Assembly (NCBI GenBank): GCA_964588975.1
Contig: CAZPRA010000002.1
Coordinates: 1-50,492, forward strand
Origin: an uncultured Oscillospiraceae bacterium
GTDB lineage: Bacteria; Bacillota; Clostridia; Oscillospirales; Oscillospiraceae
Length of the DNA: 50,492 bases
Reading direction: 5' to 3'
Below, piece by piece: positions 27,222 to 36,268 of the stretch (the first letter of the stretch is position 1; the number at the start of each line of letters is the position of its first letter). The position numbers and the translations under genes were made by a program. The notes under the pieces were generated by a model. It searched no databases and was not told the origin of the DNA. It was given only the letters and a program-made list of their open reading frames with translations.

Positions 27222-28676
27222 ATGGACTCTGAAAAAAATAATGAGCTGGAATTATCGGAATTTGACCTGCCGGAACCGGACGATGAGCGCCCTGTTGGTT
27301 ATCGCCGCCCGGAAAAGAACCGCAAAAAGCAAACGAAAAGCAGAGTGCTGGGGCTGCTTTCGCTTTGCCTTTCTCTGCTTGGTGTTGTGCTTTTGCTCTG
27401 CCTTGGAATTTACGGCATTTCCAAATGGTCGGATGGCACACTTTCCGGCTCCATCCTGATTTTTGGCAAGGCAGCGCTTCTTGCCTGCGGCATTTTGGCG
27501 CTCAGTGCGCTGGTTCTGGCGCTGATTGCCCTGTTTCGCCGCCGCCAGACAAAGCTTGCGGCAGTTTTTTCGCTGTTGCTTTCTTTGCTGCTGCTTGCCG
27601 TTTGCGTTGCCGTTTTCTGGGGCTATACCTATCTGTTCGGCACCGTTGAAAAGGATAAAGATTTCCAAAATCTCTCGCAGGATGATTTAAGCGTTGTGCA
27701 GACAGGTGAGTCCGGCGAAATCATCCGCCAGACGGAGCCCATAGAGAGCAGCTTAGGCCCCGATGAGATTGAGTCACAAAACCATGGACACGAGATTGGG
27801 CGGGAGTACCTGACGGATGAAGACCTGCCCGACGAGGTCAAGGAAATCATCTATGGCATGAAGCCGGAAAATGCCAGCTATCTTCTGCCTGGCTCGGAGC
27901 AAATCAGCACCTTTGTGCTCTATGGCACGGACGATTACGACTCATCAGACAGCATTATTCTCCTGAGCGTTGACCGCGTTCATAAAAAAATTAAAATGAT
28001 TTCCATTGCCCGTGACACTTATGTTACCATTCCGCAGTGGGGCAGCCACTCGAAAATCAACTATGCCTATACCTGGGGCGGCGCTCAGATGGCCGTGAGC
28101 ACGCTGAACTACAATTTCTTCCTGAACGTGATGGACTATATCACGGTGGATATGAACCAGTTGGAGAGCATTGTGGATCTGGTCGGCGGCGTGGATATTG
28201 ACCTGACCCGTCAGGAAGCCAATTATCTGGCACATTCCGGCTATGCGCACTCCGGTCTGTGTCATCTCGATGGCGATATGGCCGTCAATTATGCCCGCCT
28301 TCGTGAAATTGATACGGAAATCGACCGAACCGGCCGCCAGAGAAAGCTTCTGACCGCCATGATGACCTCTGTCAGCCAGATGCCGCTGGGCAACTATCCG
28401 AAGTTTATCCGTTCCTGCCTTGGAATGTGCACCACTTCCTTCCAGATGGACGAGCTGATGGATATTGTTCTGGAGGTCGTTCAGAACGACTATACGATCG
28501 AGTCATACGCCATTTTGGAGCAGGTGCCCTATTGGGGCGGCTTGCTGGGCACGGAGCGGAATTTCTACTGTGTCTATGACCTGAACTATGCCAGTGACGT
28601 TATCTACCGCCTGATTTATGAAGACCTTTACCTCTCCGGCTATCCGGATGAGTTACCGGATGACACAGAAGAATAA
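27222..28676 (+). CDS. LCP (LytR-CpsA-Psr) family protein
   Basis: 3 N-terminal TMs, MISIARDTYV, KINYAY, VDLVGGVDI, YARLR, RTGRQRK. Extended -10 TGCTATAAT at 27180-27188. Confidence 0.88.
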   Translation: MDSEKNNELELSEFDLPEPDDERPVGYRRPEKNRKKQTKSRVLGLLSLCLSLLGVVLLLCLGIYGISKWSDGTLSGSILIFGKAALLACGILALSALVLALIALFRRRQTKLAAVFSLLLSLLLLAVCVAVFWGYTYLFGTVEKDKDFQNLSQDDLSVVQTGESGEIIRQTEPIESSLGPDEIESQNHGHEIGREYLTDEDLPDEVKEIIYGMKPENASYLLPGSEQISTFVLYGTDDYDSSDSIILLSVDRVHKKIKMISIARDTYVTIPQWGSHSKINYAYTWGGAQMAVSTLNYNFFLNVMDYITVDMNQLESIVDLVGGVDIDLTRQEANYLAHSGYAHSGLCHLDGDMAVNYARLREIDTEIDRTGRQRKLLTAMMTSVSQMPLGNYPKFIRSCLGMCTTSFQMDELMDIVLEVVQNDYTIESYAILEQVPYWGGLLGTERNFYCVYDLNYASDVIYRLIYEDLYLSGYPDELPDDTEE

Positions 28677-28677
28677 G

Positions 28678-28716
28678 CAAAAATCACCCTTGGGTCATGA
28701 ACCCGAGGGTGATTTC
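28678..28716. terminator. Terminator between LCP and livF, probably bidirectional
   Basis: AAATCACCCTTGGGT/ACCCGAGGGTGATTT stem. Confidence 0.8.
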
Positions 28717-28720
28717 GTTA

Positions 28721-29419
28721 TTAGCCGCCGAGGTAGGCTTTCTTGACCTCGTCGCTTTGCGCAAGCTCCGTTCCGGTGCCGGAGAGCGTAATGCGTCCGG
28801 TCTCAAGAACATAGGCGCGGTCGGCAATGTCCAGCGCCATACCTGCGTTTTGCTCTACCAGCAAAATGGTAGTTCCGGCCTTTTTCAGCTCGCGGATGAT
28901 ATCAAAAATCTGCTCTACCAGAATGGGCGCCAGACCCATGGATGGCTCGTCAAGCATAAGCAGTTTCGGAGAGATCATCATGGCGCGACCCATGGCGAGC
29001 ATTTGCTGCTCGCCGCCGGAAAGCGTACCGGCAATCTGCTTACGGCGTTCCTTCAGGCGTGGAAAATGCGCAAACACCTTTTCCAGCGGCTCGGCAATGC
29101 TGCCCTTTCGCGTAAAAGCGCCCATTTCAAGGTTTTCCTGCACCGTCATCTGAAGAAAAATGCGTCTGCCCTCCGGCACGTGCGCCAAGCCCTGAGAGAC
29201 AAGGCGATAGCCCTCGGTGTGGGTGATGTCGCGGCCAAGGAATTCAATGGAACCGGAGCGGGGATGCATCAGGCCGGAGACGGTCTTGAGCGTGGTAGAC
29301 TTTCCGGCACCGTTGGCGCCGATGAGCGCAACGGTTTCGCCCTCGTTCACCTGAAACGATACGCCCTTGATGGCGTGGATTGCGCCATAGTAGACATGGA
29401 TATCATGAACCTTCAGCAT
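28721..29419 (-). CDS. livF: Branched-chain amino acid ABC transporter ATPase
   Basis: GANGAGKST, VPEGRRIF, LSGGEQQMLAMGRA, LDEPSMGLAP. Confidence 0.93.
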   Translation of the reverse strand: MLKVHDIHVYYGAIHAIKGVSFQVNEGETVALIGANGAGKSTTLKTVSGLMHPRSGSIEFLGRDITHTEGYRLVSQGLAHVPEGRRIFLQMTVQENLEMGAFTRKGSIAEPLEKVFAHFPRLKERRKQIAGTLSGGEQQMLAMGRAMMISPKLLMLDEPSMGLAPILVEQIFDIIRELKKAGTTILLVEQNAGMALDIADRAYVLETGRITLSGTGTELAQSDEVKKAYLGG

Positions 29420-30272
29420 GAATTTCCTCAGCTCCTTTCTTGCCCAGATAAGCTTCGATCACGGTGGGATTGTTGCAAATTTGTTCCGGTGTGCCCTTGG
29501 CGATGATTTTTCCGTAGTTCACCACGGCAATGCCCTCGCAAACGCCCATGACCAAGTTCATATCATGCTCGATGAGCATGACCGCAATGTGGAATTCGTC
29601 GCGAATTCGCTCAATATGCTCCATGAGCTCTGCCGTTTCCGAGGGATTCATACCGGCAGCCGGCTCGTCAAGGAGCAAAATCGCAGGCTCGCTTGCCAGC
29701 GCCCGGACGATTTCCAGACGGCGCTGCGCGCCATAGGGCAGAGAATCGGCCTGATACTGTGCCATATCCGCCATGCCCATGAAATCCAGCAGTTCCAGAC
29801 AGCGTGACTTAGCCGCTTTTTCGGCGCGGTAGTAGCCCGGCGTGTGCAAAATCGACGCAGCAAAGGAGCACTTGATTTGATTGTGCAGACCGACCTTAAC
29901 ATTGTCGATCACGCTCATTCCACCAAAAAGACGAATGTTCTGAAAGGTTCTGGCAATGCCAAGGCGATTGACCTGAGCGGTGGACATTCCTTTCGTGTCA
30001 ATTCCGCGCAGGAGAATGGAGCCCCGCGTGGGCTGATAAACGTTGGTCAAAAGATTAAAAATCGTGGTCTTTCCGGCACCGTTTGGGCCGATCAAACCGG
30101 CAATTTCCGTTGCGCCGATGGTCAGCGTGAAGCTGTCCACCGCCGTAAGGCCGCCAAAATCAATGCCCAGATTGCGAATGTCCAGAACCGGCGGCTTTCC
30201 GAGGTCGCGCTCCGGGATAATAACATCCGTCGGCATGGGAACCATTTTGGGCTGGTTGAGTCGAATACTCAT
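29403..30272 (-). CDS. livG: Branched-chain amino acid ABC transporter ATPase
   Basis: GPNGAGKTT, RTFQNIRLF, LPYGAQRRLEI, LDEPAAGMN. Confidence 0.93.
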   Translation of the reverse strand: MSIRLNQPKMVPMPTDVIIPERDLGKPPVLDIRNLGIDFGGLTAVDSFTLTIGATEIAGLIGPNGAGKTTIFNLLTNVYQPTRGSILLRGIDTKGMSTAQVNRLGIARTFQNIRLFGGMSVIDNVKVGLHNQIKCSFAASILHTPGYYRAEKAAKSRCLELLDFMGMADMAQYQADSLPYGAQRRLEIVRALASEPAILLLDEPAAGMNPSETAELMEHIERIRDEFHIAVMLIEHDMNLVMGVCEGIAVVNYGKIIAKGTPEQICNNPTVIEAYLGKKGAEEIHAEGS

Positions 30273-31327
30273 TTTCTGGCCTCCTTTCGGCGGAAAATTG
30301 CCTTTGTGCGCTCAATGGCAGAGCGTTTCCATTCCAGAACGCGGCTGTTGGCGCTGAGGATCATCACCAGAATGAGAACCAGCGCATAAATCAGCATCCA
30401 GAGGTCTTCAAAGTCCGAAAGCACCAATTCCAGAAGCGTGAGTGCAATCGCGGAGATCATGCACCCGCGCAGATTGCCCATGCCGCCCAGGACGACCATG
30501 ACCAAAACGCTGATAGACTTGTTGAAATCAAACTGACGGGCTTCGATTTTGGTATAGTTCAGCGCGAAAAGCACACCGGCAATGCCTGCAAGGAAGGCAG
30601 AGATGACAAACGCCTTCATCTTATAGGCGGTCAGATTGACGCCAACGGATTCGGCTGCGATGGGGTTATCGCGAATGGCTTTGATTGCGCGGCCTTCTTT
30701 GCTGTGCACCAAATTCATGATGATGATCAGCGAAAAGAGCACCAGCGCAAAGCTCATGCCCAAGGTGGAGAGCTTCGTGGAAATGCTGGCACCCTGCGCA
30801 CCGGCAATCACATAATTTCCGTTTGTCGTGTCGACATTGTTGCCAAAGAGCGAAAAATGCGGCACGCCGTCTACCAGCTCAACATAAAGGCAGTTGAAGA
30901 TGGTGCGAATGATCTCCCCGAAGGCCAGCGTCACAATGGCCAAATAGTCTCCGCGAAGCCGCAGAACGGGGATACCGATCAAAAAGCCCATCACACCCGC
31001 CATCACACCGCCGGCGACAACGCAGGCAAGCATGAGCAAAACAGGGCTGGAGATATACGGCGCGAAAACGGCTGCACAGACCGCACCGGTAAAGGCACCG
31101 ATGCTCATAAAGCCCGCGTGACCAAGGCTCAGTTCGCCCAGAATTCCAACCGTCAGGTTCAAAGACAGCGCCATGATGATATAGGCGCTGATGGGGATGA
31201 GCTCGCCACTCAGAGAGCGGGAGAGCATACCGCCAGCGTTTAAAATTAAAAGAAGGATATAGGCCGCGCAAACAAACAGTAACGTCACCGCATTTTTGCG
31301 CGTGGTTTTGGATTGAATTCGTTTCAT
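30269..31327 (-). CDS. livM: Branched-chain amino acid ABC transporter permease
   Basis: LSLGHAGF, LRLRGDYLAIVTLAFGEII, VVLGGMG. ATG 31327 after GAGGTG. Confidence 0.92.
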   Translation of the reverse strand: MKRIQSKTTRKNAVTLLFVCAAYILLLILNAGGMLSRSLSGELIPISAYIIMALSLNLTVGILGELSLGHAGFMSIGAFTGAVCAAVFAPYISSPVLLMLACVVAGGVMAGVMGFLIGIPVLRLRGDYLAIVTLAFGEIIRTIFNCLYVELVDGVPHFSLFGNNVDTTNGNYVIAGAQGASISTKLSTLGMSFALVLFSLIIIMNLVHSKEGRAIKAIRDNPIAAESVGVNLTAYKMKAFVISAFLAGIAGVLFALNYTKIEARQFDFNKSISVLVMVVLGGMGNLRGCMISAIALTLLELVLSDFEDLWMLIYALVLILVMILSANSRVLEWKRSAIERTKAIFRRKEARK

Positions 31328-31337
31328 GTCCGTCACC

Positions 31338-32219
31338 TCACACCTTCTCTGTGACCCGCTTGCCCAGAAGTCCGTTTGGTTTGACCAGCAGAATGATAAT
31401 TAACACTGCAAACACAACGGCACTTTGCAACTGGTCGCTGATGTATTCGGCGCTGAAAATCTCAATCACGCCAAGCAGAAGCCCGCCGACAAAGGCGCCG
31501 GGAATGGATCCAATGCCACCAAAAACGGCTGCTGTGAATGCCTTAATTCCGGGCAGAGAGCCGGTGGTAGGGGAGAGGGTCGAGGTTTTTGCGCAAAAGA
31601 GCAGTCCGGCAATGGCCGCCAGAGCAGAGCCAATTGCAAAGGTAACGGAGATGGTGCGGTTGACGCTGATTCCCATCAACTCCGCTGCGCTCTTGTCCTC
31701 GGAAACAGCTCGCATTGCTTTGCCGGTCTTGGTTTTTCCAATGAAAACGGAAAGCAGAACCATCACAACGATGCAAGCGGCGATCGCGCAAACCGCAACG
31801 CCGTCAATGCTCAGCTTGCCGCCAAACAGGGAAATATTGGCAAAGCTGAAATCCACGGAGAAGGATTTCTTGCTGGACGACCAGATGAGCTGCGCGATGC
31901 TCTGAAGAAAATAACTCACGCCGATGGCCGTGATGAGAACGGCCAGAGAGGACGCCGAGCGCAAGGGTTTATAGGCCAGCCGCTCAATGACGATGCCGAG
32001 GAAGGTGCAAACCACCATGGCCATAGCCAGAGCGACGATGGGGGATAGCCCGGCGTTGTTCATCGCAATAAAGCACACGTAGCCGCCGATCATGATGACG
32101 TCACCGTGGGCGAAATTCAGCATTTTGGCAATGCCGTAAACCATGGTGTAGCCAAGCGCGATGATTGCATAGATGCTCCCGAGGCTGATGCCGTCAAAGA
32201 GCTTGGACAGAAAGTACAT
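31338..32219 (-). CDS. livH: Branched-chain amino acid ABC transporter permease
   Basis: GSIYAIIALGYTMVYG, LNFAHG, KAFTAAVFGGIGSIPGA. ATG 32219 after GGAGG. Confidence 0.93.
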   Translation of the reverse strand: MYFLSKLFDGISLGSIYAIIALGYTMVYGIAKMLNFAHGDVIMIGGYVCFIAMNNAGLSPIVALAMAMVVCTFLGIVIERLAYKPLRSASSLAVLITAIGVSYFLQSIAQLIWSSSKKSFSVDFSFANISLFGGKLSIDGVAVCAIAACIVVMVLLSVFIGKTKTGKAMRAVSEDKSAAELMGISVNRTISVTFAIGSALAAIAGLLFCAKTSTLSPTTGSLPGIKAFTAAVFGGIGSIPGAFVGGLLLGVIEIFSAEYISDQLQSAVVFAVLIIILLVKPNGLLGKRVTEKV

Positions 32220-32295
32220 AAGTTGTACCGCCTCCCGTTGTTTGTATTTGCGGGGAAATGCTCGGCGCAAAAGAGCGCCGGGTATGTTTTTTTTG

Positions 32296-33447
32296 TTAGC
32301 CTGCGTCCACGTAGACGCCGTTTTCAATCACAACAGCGGCAGGAGCCTTGTCCACCTGACCCTGCGCGTTCCAGGTCATGTTCTCACCGGTCAGACCGGA
32401 GAAGGACATGGTGGTAAACTGCGCGATCATCGCCTCGCAGATTTCCTCAGTGCTTGCGCCCTGTGCGATCCCGGCAGCGGTGATGGCCTGATAGATGGCA
32501 TAGATGCAGTCGTAGCCGTCAGCGGCAAACTGGTTGGGTGTCTCGCCGTAGGCTGCCTGATAAGCGGCAACAAAGCTCTGCGTCTTCTCGTCAGCGGCGT
32601 CAGCGGCAAAGGGGGTCAACAGCATAACGCCTTCGGCCAGGCTGGTGTCAAAACCGTCAATGGACAAAATGCCGTCCATACCGTCCACGCCAAAGAAGGT
32701 GGGATGATAGCCGTCAATGTTTGCCTGATTTAAAATTGCAGAGGCAGGCGTGCAGTAGATAGGCAGGAAAATCAGGTCAGCGCCGTTGTTCTGCGCGTCA
32801 TCAAGCTGCACGGTATAGTCGATGGTATCGGCGTTGCAGCTCATTTCGGAAACGACGCTCAGGCCAAGCTCGTTGGCCTTGGACATGAAGGTCTGATAAA
32901 TGCCGTTGGAATATGCGCTGGAGTTGTCATAGATGATGCCGATCTTGGCGTCGGGCATATGCTCATAAATGTACTGTGCAGACGCACTGCCCTGATTGGG
33001 GTCGGTGAAGCAGAGCTGGAAGATATTGTCCTTGCCCTCGGTGACTTCCGTGGAGGAAGCAGAAGGAGTCAGGGTGAACACGCGGTCAGAGTAGGCTTCA
33101 GCGGCAACGGCAACGCAGGGCGTTGTGGTGACGGTGCCGACAAGGATGTTCATGCCCCAGTCCATCAGGGCGTTATAGGCGCTGACGGCTTTTTCTGCGT
33201 TGTTGGCGTCGTCCTTGGCGTTCAGCTCAAACTGGATGCCGCCCTTGGCGTTGATTTCCTGGATGGCAAGCTCCATGCCGTTTTTGGCGGCATTACCATA
33301 CATGGCGGCGTCGCCGGTCAGAGGGCCGCTGAAGCCCAGCTTCACAGTCTTGCCGTCAAATTTGTCGGCAGAACCGCAGCCTGCAAACAGGCACGCGATG
33401 ATAGCCACACAGAGCACCATGCTGATTGCTTTTTTCATACGTTTCAT
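32296..33447 (-). CDS. livK: Branched-chain amino acid ABC transporter substrate-binding lipoprotein
   Basis: Lipobox FAGC, GPLTGDAAMYG, LAIQEINAKGG, FTDPNQG, AADGYD. AAGGAG RBS. Confidence 0.9.
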   Translation of the reverse strand: MKRMKKAISMVLCVAIIACLFAGCGSADKFDGKTVKLGFSGPLTGDAAMYGNAAKNGMELAIQEINAKGGIQFELNAKDDANNAEKAVSAYNALMDWGMNILVGTVTTTPCVAVAAEAYSDRVFTLTPSASSTEVTEGKDNIFQLCFTDPNQGSASAQYIYEHMPDAKIGIIYDNSSAYSNGIYQTFMSKANELGLSVVSEMSCNADTIDYTVQLDDAQNNGADLIFLPIYCTPASAILNQANIDGYHPTFFGVDGMDGILSIDGFDTSLAEGVMLLTPFAADAADEKTQSFVAAYQAAYGETPNQFAADGYDCIYAIYQAITAAGIAQGASTEEICEAMIAQFTTMSFSGLTGENMTWNAQGQVDKAPAAVVIENGVYVDAG

Positions 33448-33470
33448 TGTTGTTTTCTCCTTTCAAATTC

Positions 33471-33511
33471 ATACAAAAACCGGCCTTCGTTTTTGTGCAA
33501 CGAAGGCCGGT
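33471..33511 (-). terminator. Attenuator terminator in the liv leader
   Basis: 13-bp perfect stem ACCGGCCTTCGTT/AACGAAGGCCGGT with 7-nt loop, then TTTTGTAT, about 25-30 nt before the livK ATG. Confidence 0.88.
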
Positions 33512-33530
33512 AAAGTATACGCGTTTCGCG

Positions 33531-33716
33531 TCAGCAGCCATCGTTTGCCTTTTTCGCAAGCAGTACAAGAAATACCAGTACAACAAGGAAAATGACGGAT
33601 ACCAGAGAAATGGTATCCGCCAAAACGATAGCCAGAGCGCAGGCCGCAGCAAAGCAAGCGTCACACCGGGACGCAGAAAAAGCTGTCACGCTTTTGTTTG
33701 CCGCAGTCTGAAACAT
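33531..33716 (-). CDS. Leu/Ile/Val-rich leader peptide of the liv operon (putative attenuator peptide)
   Basis: AAGGAG RBS at 33726-33731, 61 codons, 14 of codons 36-53 are L/I/V. The 3' end is complementary to the terminator's 5' arm. Confidence 0.75.
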   Translation of the reverse strand: MFQTAANKSVTAFSASRCDACFAAACALAIVLADTISLVSVIFLVVLVFLVLLAKKANDGC

Positions 33717-33748
33717 AACCGGTCGCTCCTTTGCTTAGGTTTGTTAAT

Positions 33749-33777
33749 ACAATAACGTTTTAATGCGTAAAAGTCAA
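33749..33777 (-). promoter_or_regulatory. Sigma-A promoter of the liv leader/operon
   Basis: TTGACT-17 bp-TATTGT. Confidence 0.65.
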
Positions 33778-33781
33778 TTGT

Positions 33782-33798
33782 GAATTTTAATAAAATTC
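33782..33798. promoter_or_regulatory. Putative CodY box
   Basis: AATTTTAATAAAATT matches AATTTTCWGAAAATT at 13/15, inside a perfect 17-bp palindrome just upstream of the -35. Confidence 0.6.
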
Positions 33799-33836
33799 CG
33801 TTTAAGTAAAAGCGTTACATAACCATTTTTCACAAA

Positions 33837-34556
33837 TCAAGCGGTCAAAAACAGCACCGCAAGGGACAACACCGGCTGATGGAGCAGATAAGCCTCCAAA
33901 GAGTGCCGTCCGATGAAGCGAAAAAAGCGCAAAAGCCAGAATTCACTGTTCACTTTTGGCAAAAGGCTTTCCTTTTTGCGGTAGAGCGTTTTGCCCAGAC
34001 CGGCGCCCAGCAGGAACCAGCCGAGTCCCGGGAAAATGGGGAAATAGTCGCTTCCGGTATAGAAGCTGCCGGAGCGAAGGCCGATGGGGAACAGAAAGTC
34101 CACGCTGACGCGAACGCCTTCCATCCAAAAGCCCAGCACCACAAAGGCGGCACCGATGGGCGCGAGCAGCCACCACGGAAGCTTCCGAAACAGCGGATAG
34201 AGCATCATGCACGTGCCGAGCATATGCAAAACGCCAAACCAGATTCGAATATCGCCCATGCGGAGCACGATGTCCATGTAAAAGGTCACATAGGAAACCA
34301 GAAGTCCGGCAAAAAACACGATAGCGCCGCGCTTGAGGCTGTTGCTGCTTTTGGAAGAGAAGGTCACGCAAATGCCGGAAAGGAGCACAAAGAGCACGTG
34401 CCCATAGGAGCGCACAAAAATGAACCAATCCGGCAAATTGATTTCCATTCCGCCGAAAAATTGAAGGTCAAAAAAGAGATGGACAAGGATCATGCCGATG
34501 ATGCAAATTCCACGCAGGGCGTCCAGCTCCCAAATTCGCTGTTTTTTCTGGCTCAT
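33837..34556 (-). CDS. DUF1624 / HGSNAT-like membrane acyltransferase-domain protein
   Basis: RIWELDALRGICIIGMILVH, FGVLH, DYFPIFP, GRHSL.YLLHQP. Confidence 0.85.
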   Translation of the reverse strand: MSQKKQRIWELDALRGICIIGMILVHLFFDLQFFGGMEINLPDWFIFVRSYGHVLFVLLSGICVTFSSKSSNSLKRGAIVFFAGLLVSYVTFYMDIVLRMGDIRIWFGVLHMLGTCMMLYPLFRKLPWWLLAPIGAAFVVLGFWMEGVRVSVDFLFPIGLRSGSFYTGSDYFPIFPGLGWFLLGAGLGKTLYRKKESLLPKVNSEFWLLRFFRFIGRHSLEAYLLHQPVLSLAVLFLTA

Positions 34557-36268
34557 GAGTGCGTCTCCTTTGCTAATTCTTCCTTTTCCAGCTCCCGGTA
34601 GGCGACCTTACCGACCAGCGTCTTGGGAAGCTCCTGACGAAATTCAATGTCATATGGCATGGCGTATTTCGCGATACGCTCACGGCAGTAGGCCAAAAGC
34701 TCCTGCTTCACCGCTTCGCTGGGCTGATATTCCGGCCGAAGCACCACGAATGCCTTGACCTTTTGCATTTTATAAGGATCCTTCACGCCAATGACGCAGG
34801 AGATGAGCACCTTTTCGTGACCGTCAATGATGTTTTCCAACTGGCTGGGATAAACGTTATAGCCGGAGGTAACGATCATGCGTTTCATGCGCTGCTTGAA
34901 ATAGATAAAGCCGTCTTTGTCCATTTTTCCAAGGTCACCGGTGTGCAGCCAGATGCGGCAGTCGTCATGCCGCCGGAGGGTCTGCGCCGTTTCCTCCGGA
35001 TTGTCCAGATAGCCCATCATCACCGTAGGCCCAGACAGACAGATCTCGCCTTCCTCGTCAGCTTCCACTTCCTGCGTTGTGCCGGGTTTGACAATTTTAT
35101 AAAATGTATCCGGGAACGGCACACCGATGGAGCCGTCACGCGCCTGAGAAATGGGCGTCAGGCAGCTTGCCGTAACACACTCCGTGGTGCCGTAGCCCTC
35201 GCGGATCTGAACCTTTGCGTTGTGCTTCTTCAGGAAATCGTCCACCTTGTGCTTCAGCTCGACCGAAAGGCTGTCGCCACCGGAGAACATACCCATCACA
35301 AAGGACATATCCAGCTTGTCCAGCGTTTGCGTGCGCAAAAGTGCCTCAAAGAGGGTCGGCACGCCGGGAATGAAGTTGGGCTTCTTTTTGCAAAGCAGGT
35401 CGGCATAGATCTTCACATTGAAATTGGGTACCAAAATGCACTTTGCGCCGCCGATCAATGCCGTGTGGATGCCAATTCCAAGACCGAAGCCGTGGAAAAC
35501 GGGCATAACAGAGAGCATGGAGCGTCCCTGAATGGTGCCGTAGCCGCAGGCGGCTATGGTTTGCAGGGCAAGCGCATTGAAATTATAGCTCGAAAGGCAA
35601 ATACCCTTGGTGGTACCGGTGGTGCCGCCGGAATAGAGGATGCTGGCGCATTCGTCAAATTTCGCGTCGTCAGCAGGAAGCTTGCTTGACGCTTTTTTAA
35701 GCACGTCAGACCAGAGCAGGTAGCTGCCGTCTTTCGGAAGTTTGGGCGTTTTCCTTCCCTGCGTCAGAGAAAAGCCCAAACGAAGCAGGGGAGAGAGCTC
35801 CTCCTGAATGGTGGCAATCAGAAGAAGGGGCTTTTCCGCTGTTCGCTCAATGGCAGAATGAACCTTGCCATAGAAGCGGTCAAGGGTCAAAATGGCCTTG
35901 CTTTTGGAAATATTGAGGTAAAAAACAATCTCCTCCGTAGCTGAAAGCGGGTGGATCATATTAGAAACGGCGCCAATGCGATTTAAAGCGTAAAAGCAGT
36001 CCACCGCCTGCGGCGTATTCGGCATACAAATCGTCACACGGTCGCCCTTTCGAATGCCCAGCGCATAGAGCGCACGGGCGGCTAGGTCGATCCGCTGCAA
36101 AAAAGCGCGGTAGGAGGTGACGCGGTTCTGGAATTCGTAGGCAGGTGCGTCAGGGTAAGCCTCAGCATTTTTCGCCAAAAGCTGATAAATCGTCAGTTTG
36201 GGATAGTCGATAGTGTGCGGCATGACGCCATAATAGTTCAGCCAGGGCGCACTTGCAGATAAGGACAT
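34553..36268 (-). CDS. Long-chain acyl-CoA synthetase (AMP-binding family)
   Basis: YSGGTTGTTKG, EGYGTTE, WLHTGDLG, SGYNVYP, LPKTLVGK. Confidence 0.9.
   Translation of the reverse strand: MSLSASAPWLNYYGVMPHTIDYPKLTIYQLLAKNAEAYPDAPAYEFQNRVTSYRAFLQRIDLAARALYALGIRKGDRVTICMPNTPQAVDCFYALNRIGAVSNMIHPLSATEEIVFYLNISKSKAILTLDRFYGKVHSAIERTAEKPLLLIATIQEELSPLLRLGFSLTQGRKTPKLPKDGSYLLWSDVLKKASSKLPADDAKFDECASILYSGGTTGTTKGICLSSYNFNALALQTIAACGYGTIQGRSMLSVMPVFHGFGLGIGIHTALIGGAKCILVPNFNVKIYADLLCKKKPNFIPGVPTLFEALLRTQTLDKLDMSFVMGMFSGGDSLSVELKHKVDDFLKKHNAKVQIREGYGTTECVTASCLTPISQARDGSIGVPFPDTFYKIVKPGTTQEVEADEEGEICLSGPTVMMGYLDNPEETAQTLRRHDDCRIWLHTGDLGKMDKDGFIYFKQRMKRMIVTSGYNVYPSQLENIIDGHEKVLISCVIGVKDPYKMQKVKAFVVLRPEYQPSEAVKQELLAYCRERIAKYAMPYDIEFRQELPKTLVGKVAYRELEKEELAKETHS

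Noticed and set aside
32261-32282. Hairpin between livK and livH as a regulatory RNA
   Set aside because: Short stem without a U tract; ordinary mRNA-stabilising element after a binding-protein gene.
33450-33745. T-box riboswitch in the liv leader
   Set aside because: No GGTGGNACC-type T-box bulge or specifier stem seen; the leader-peptide model explains the stems.
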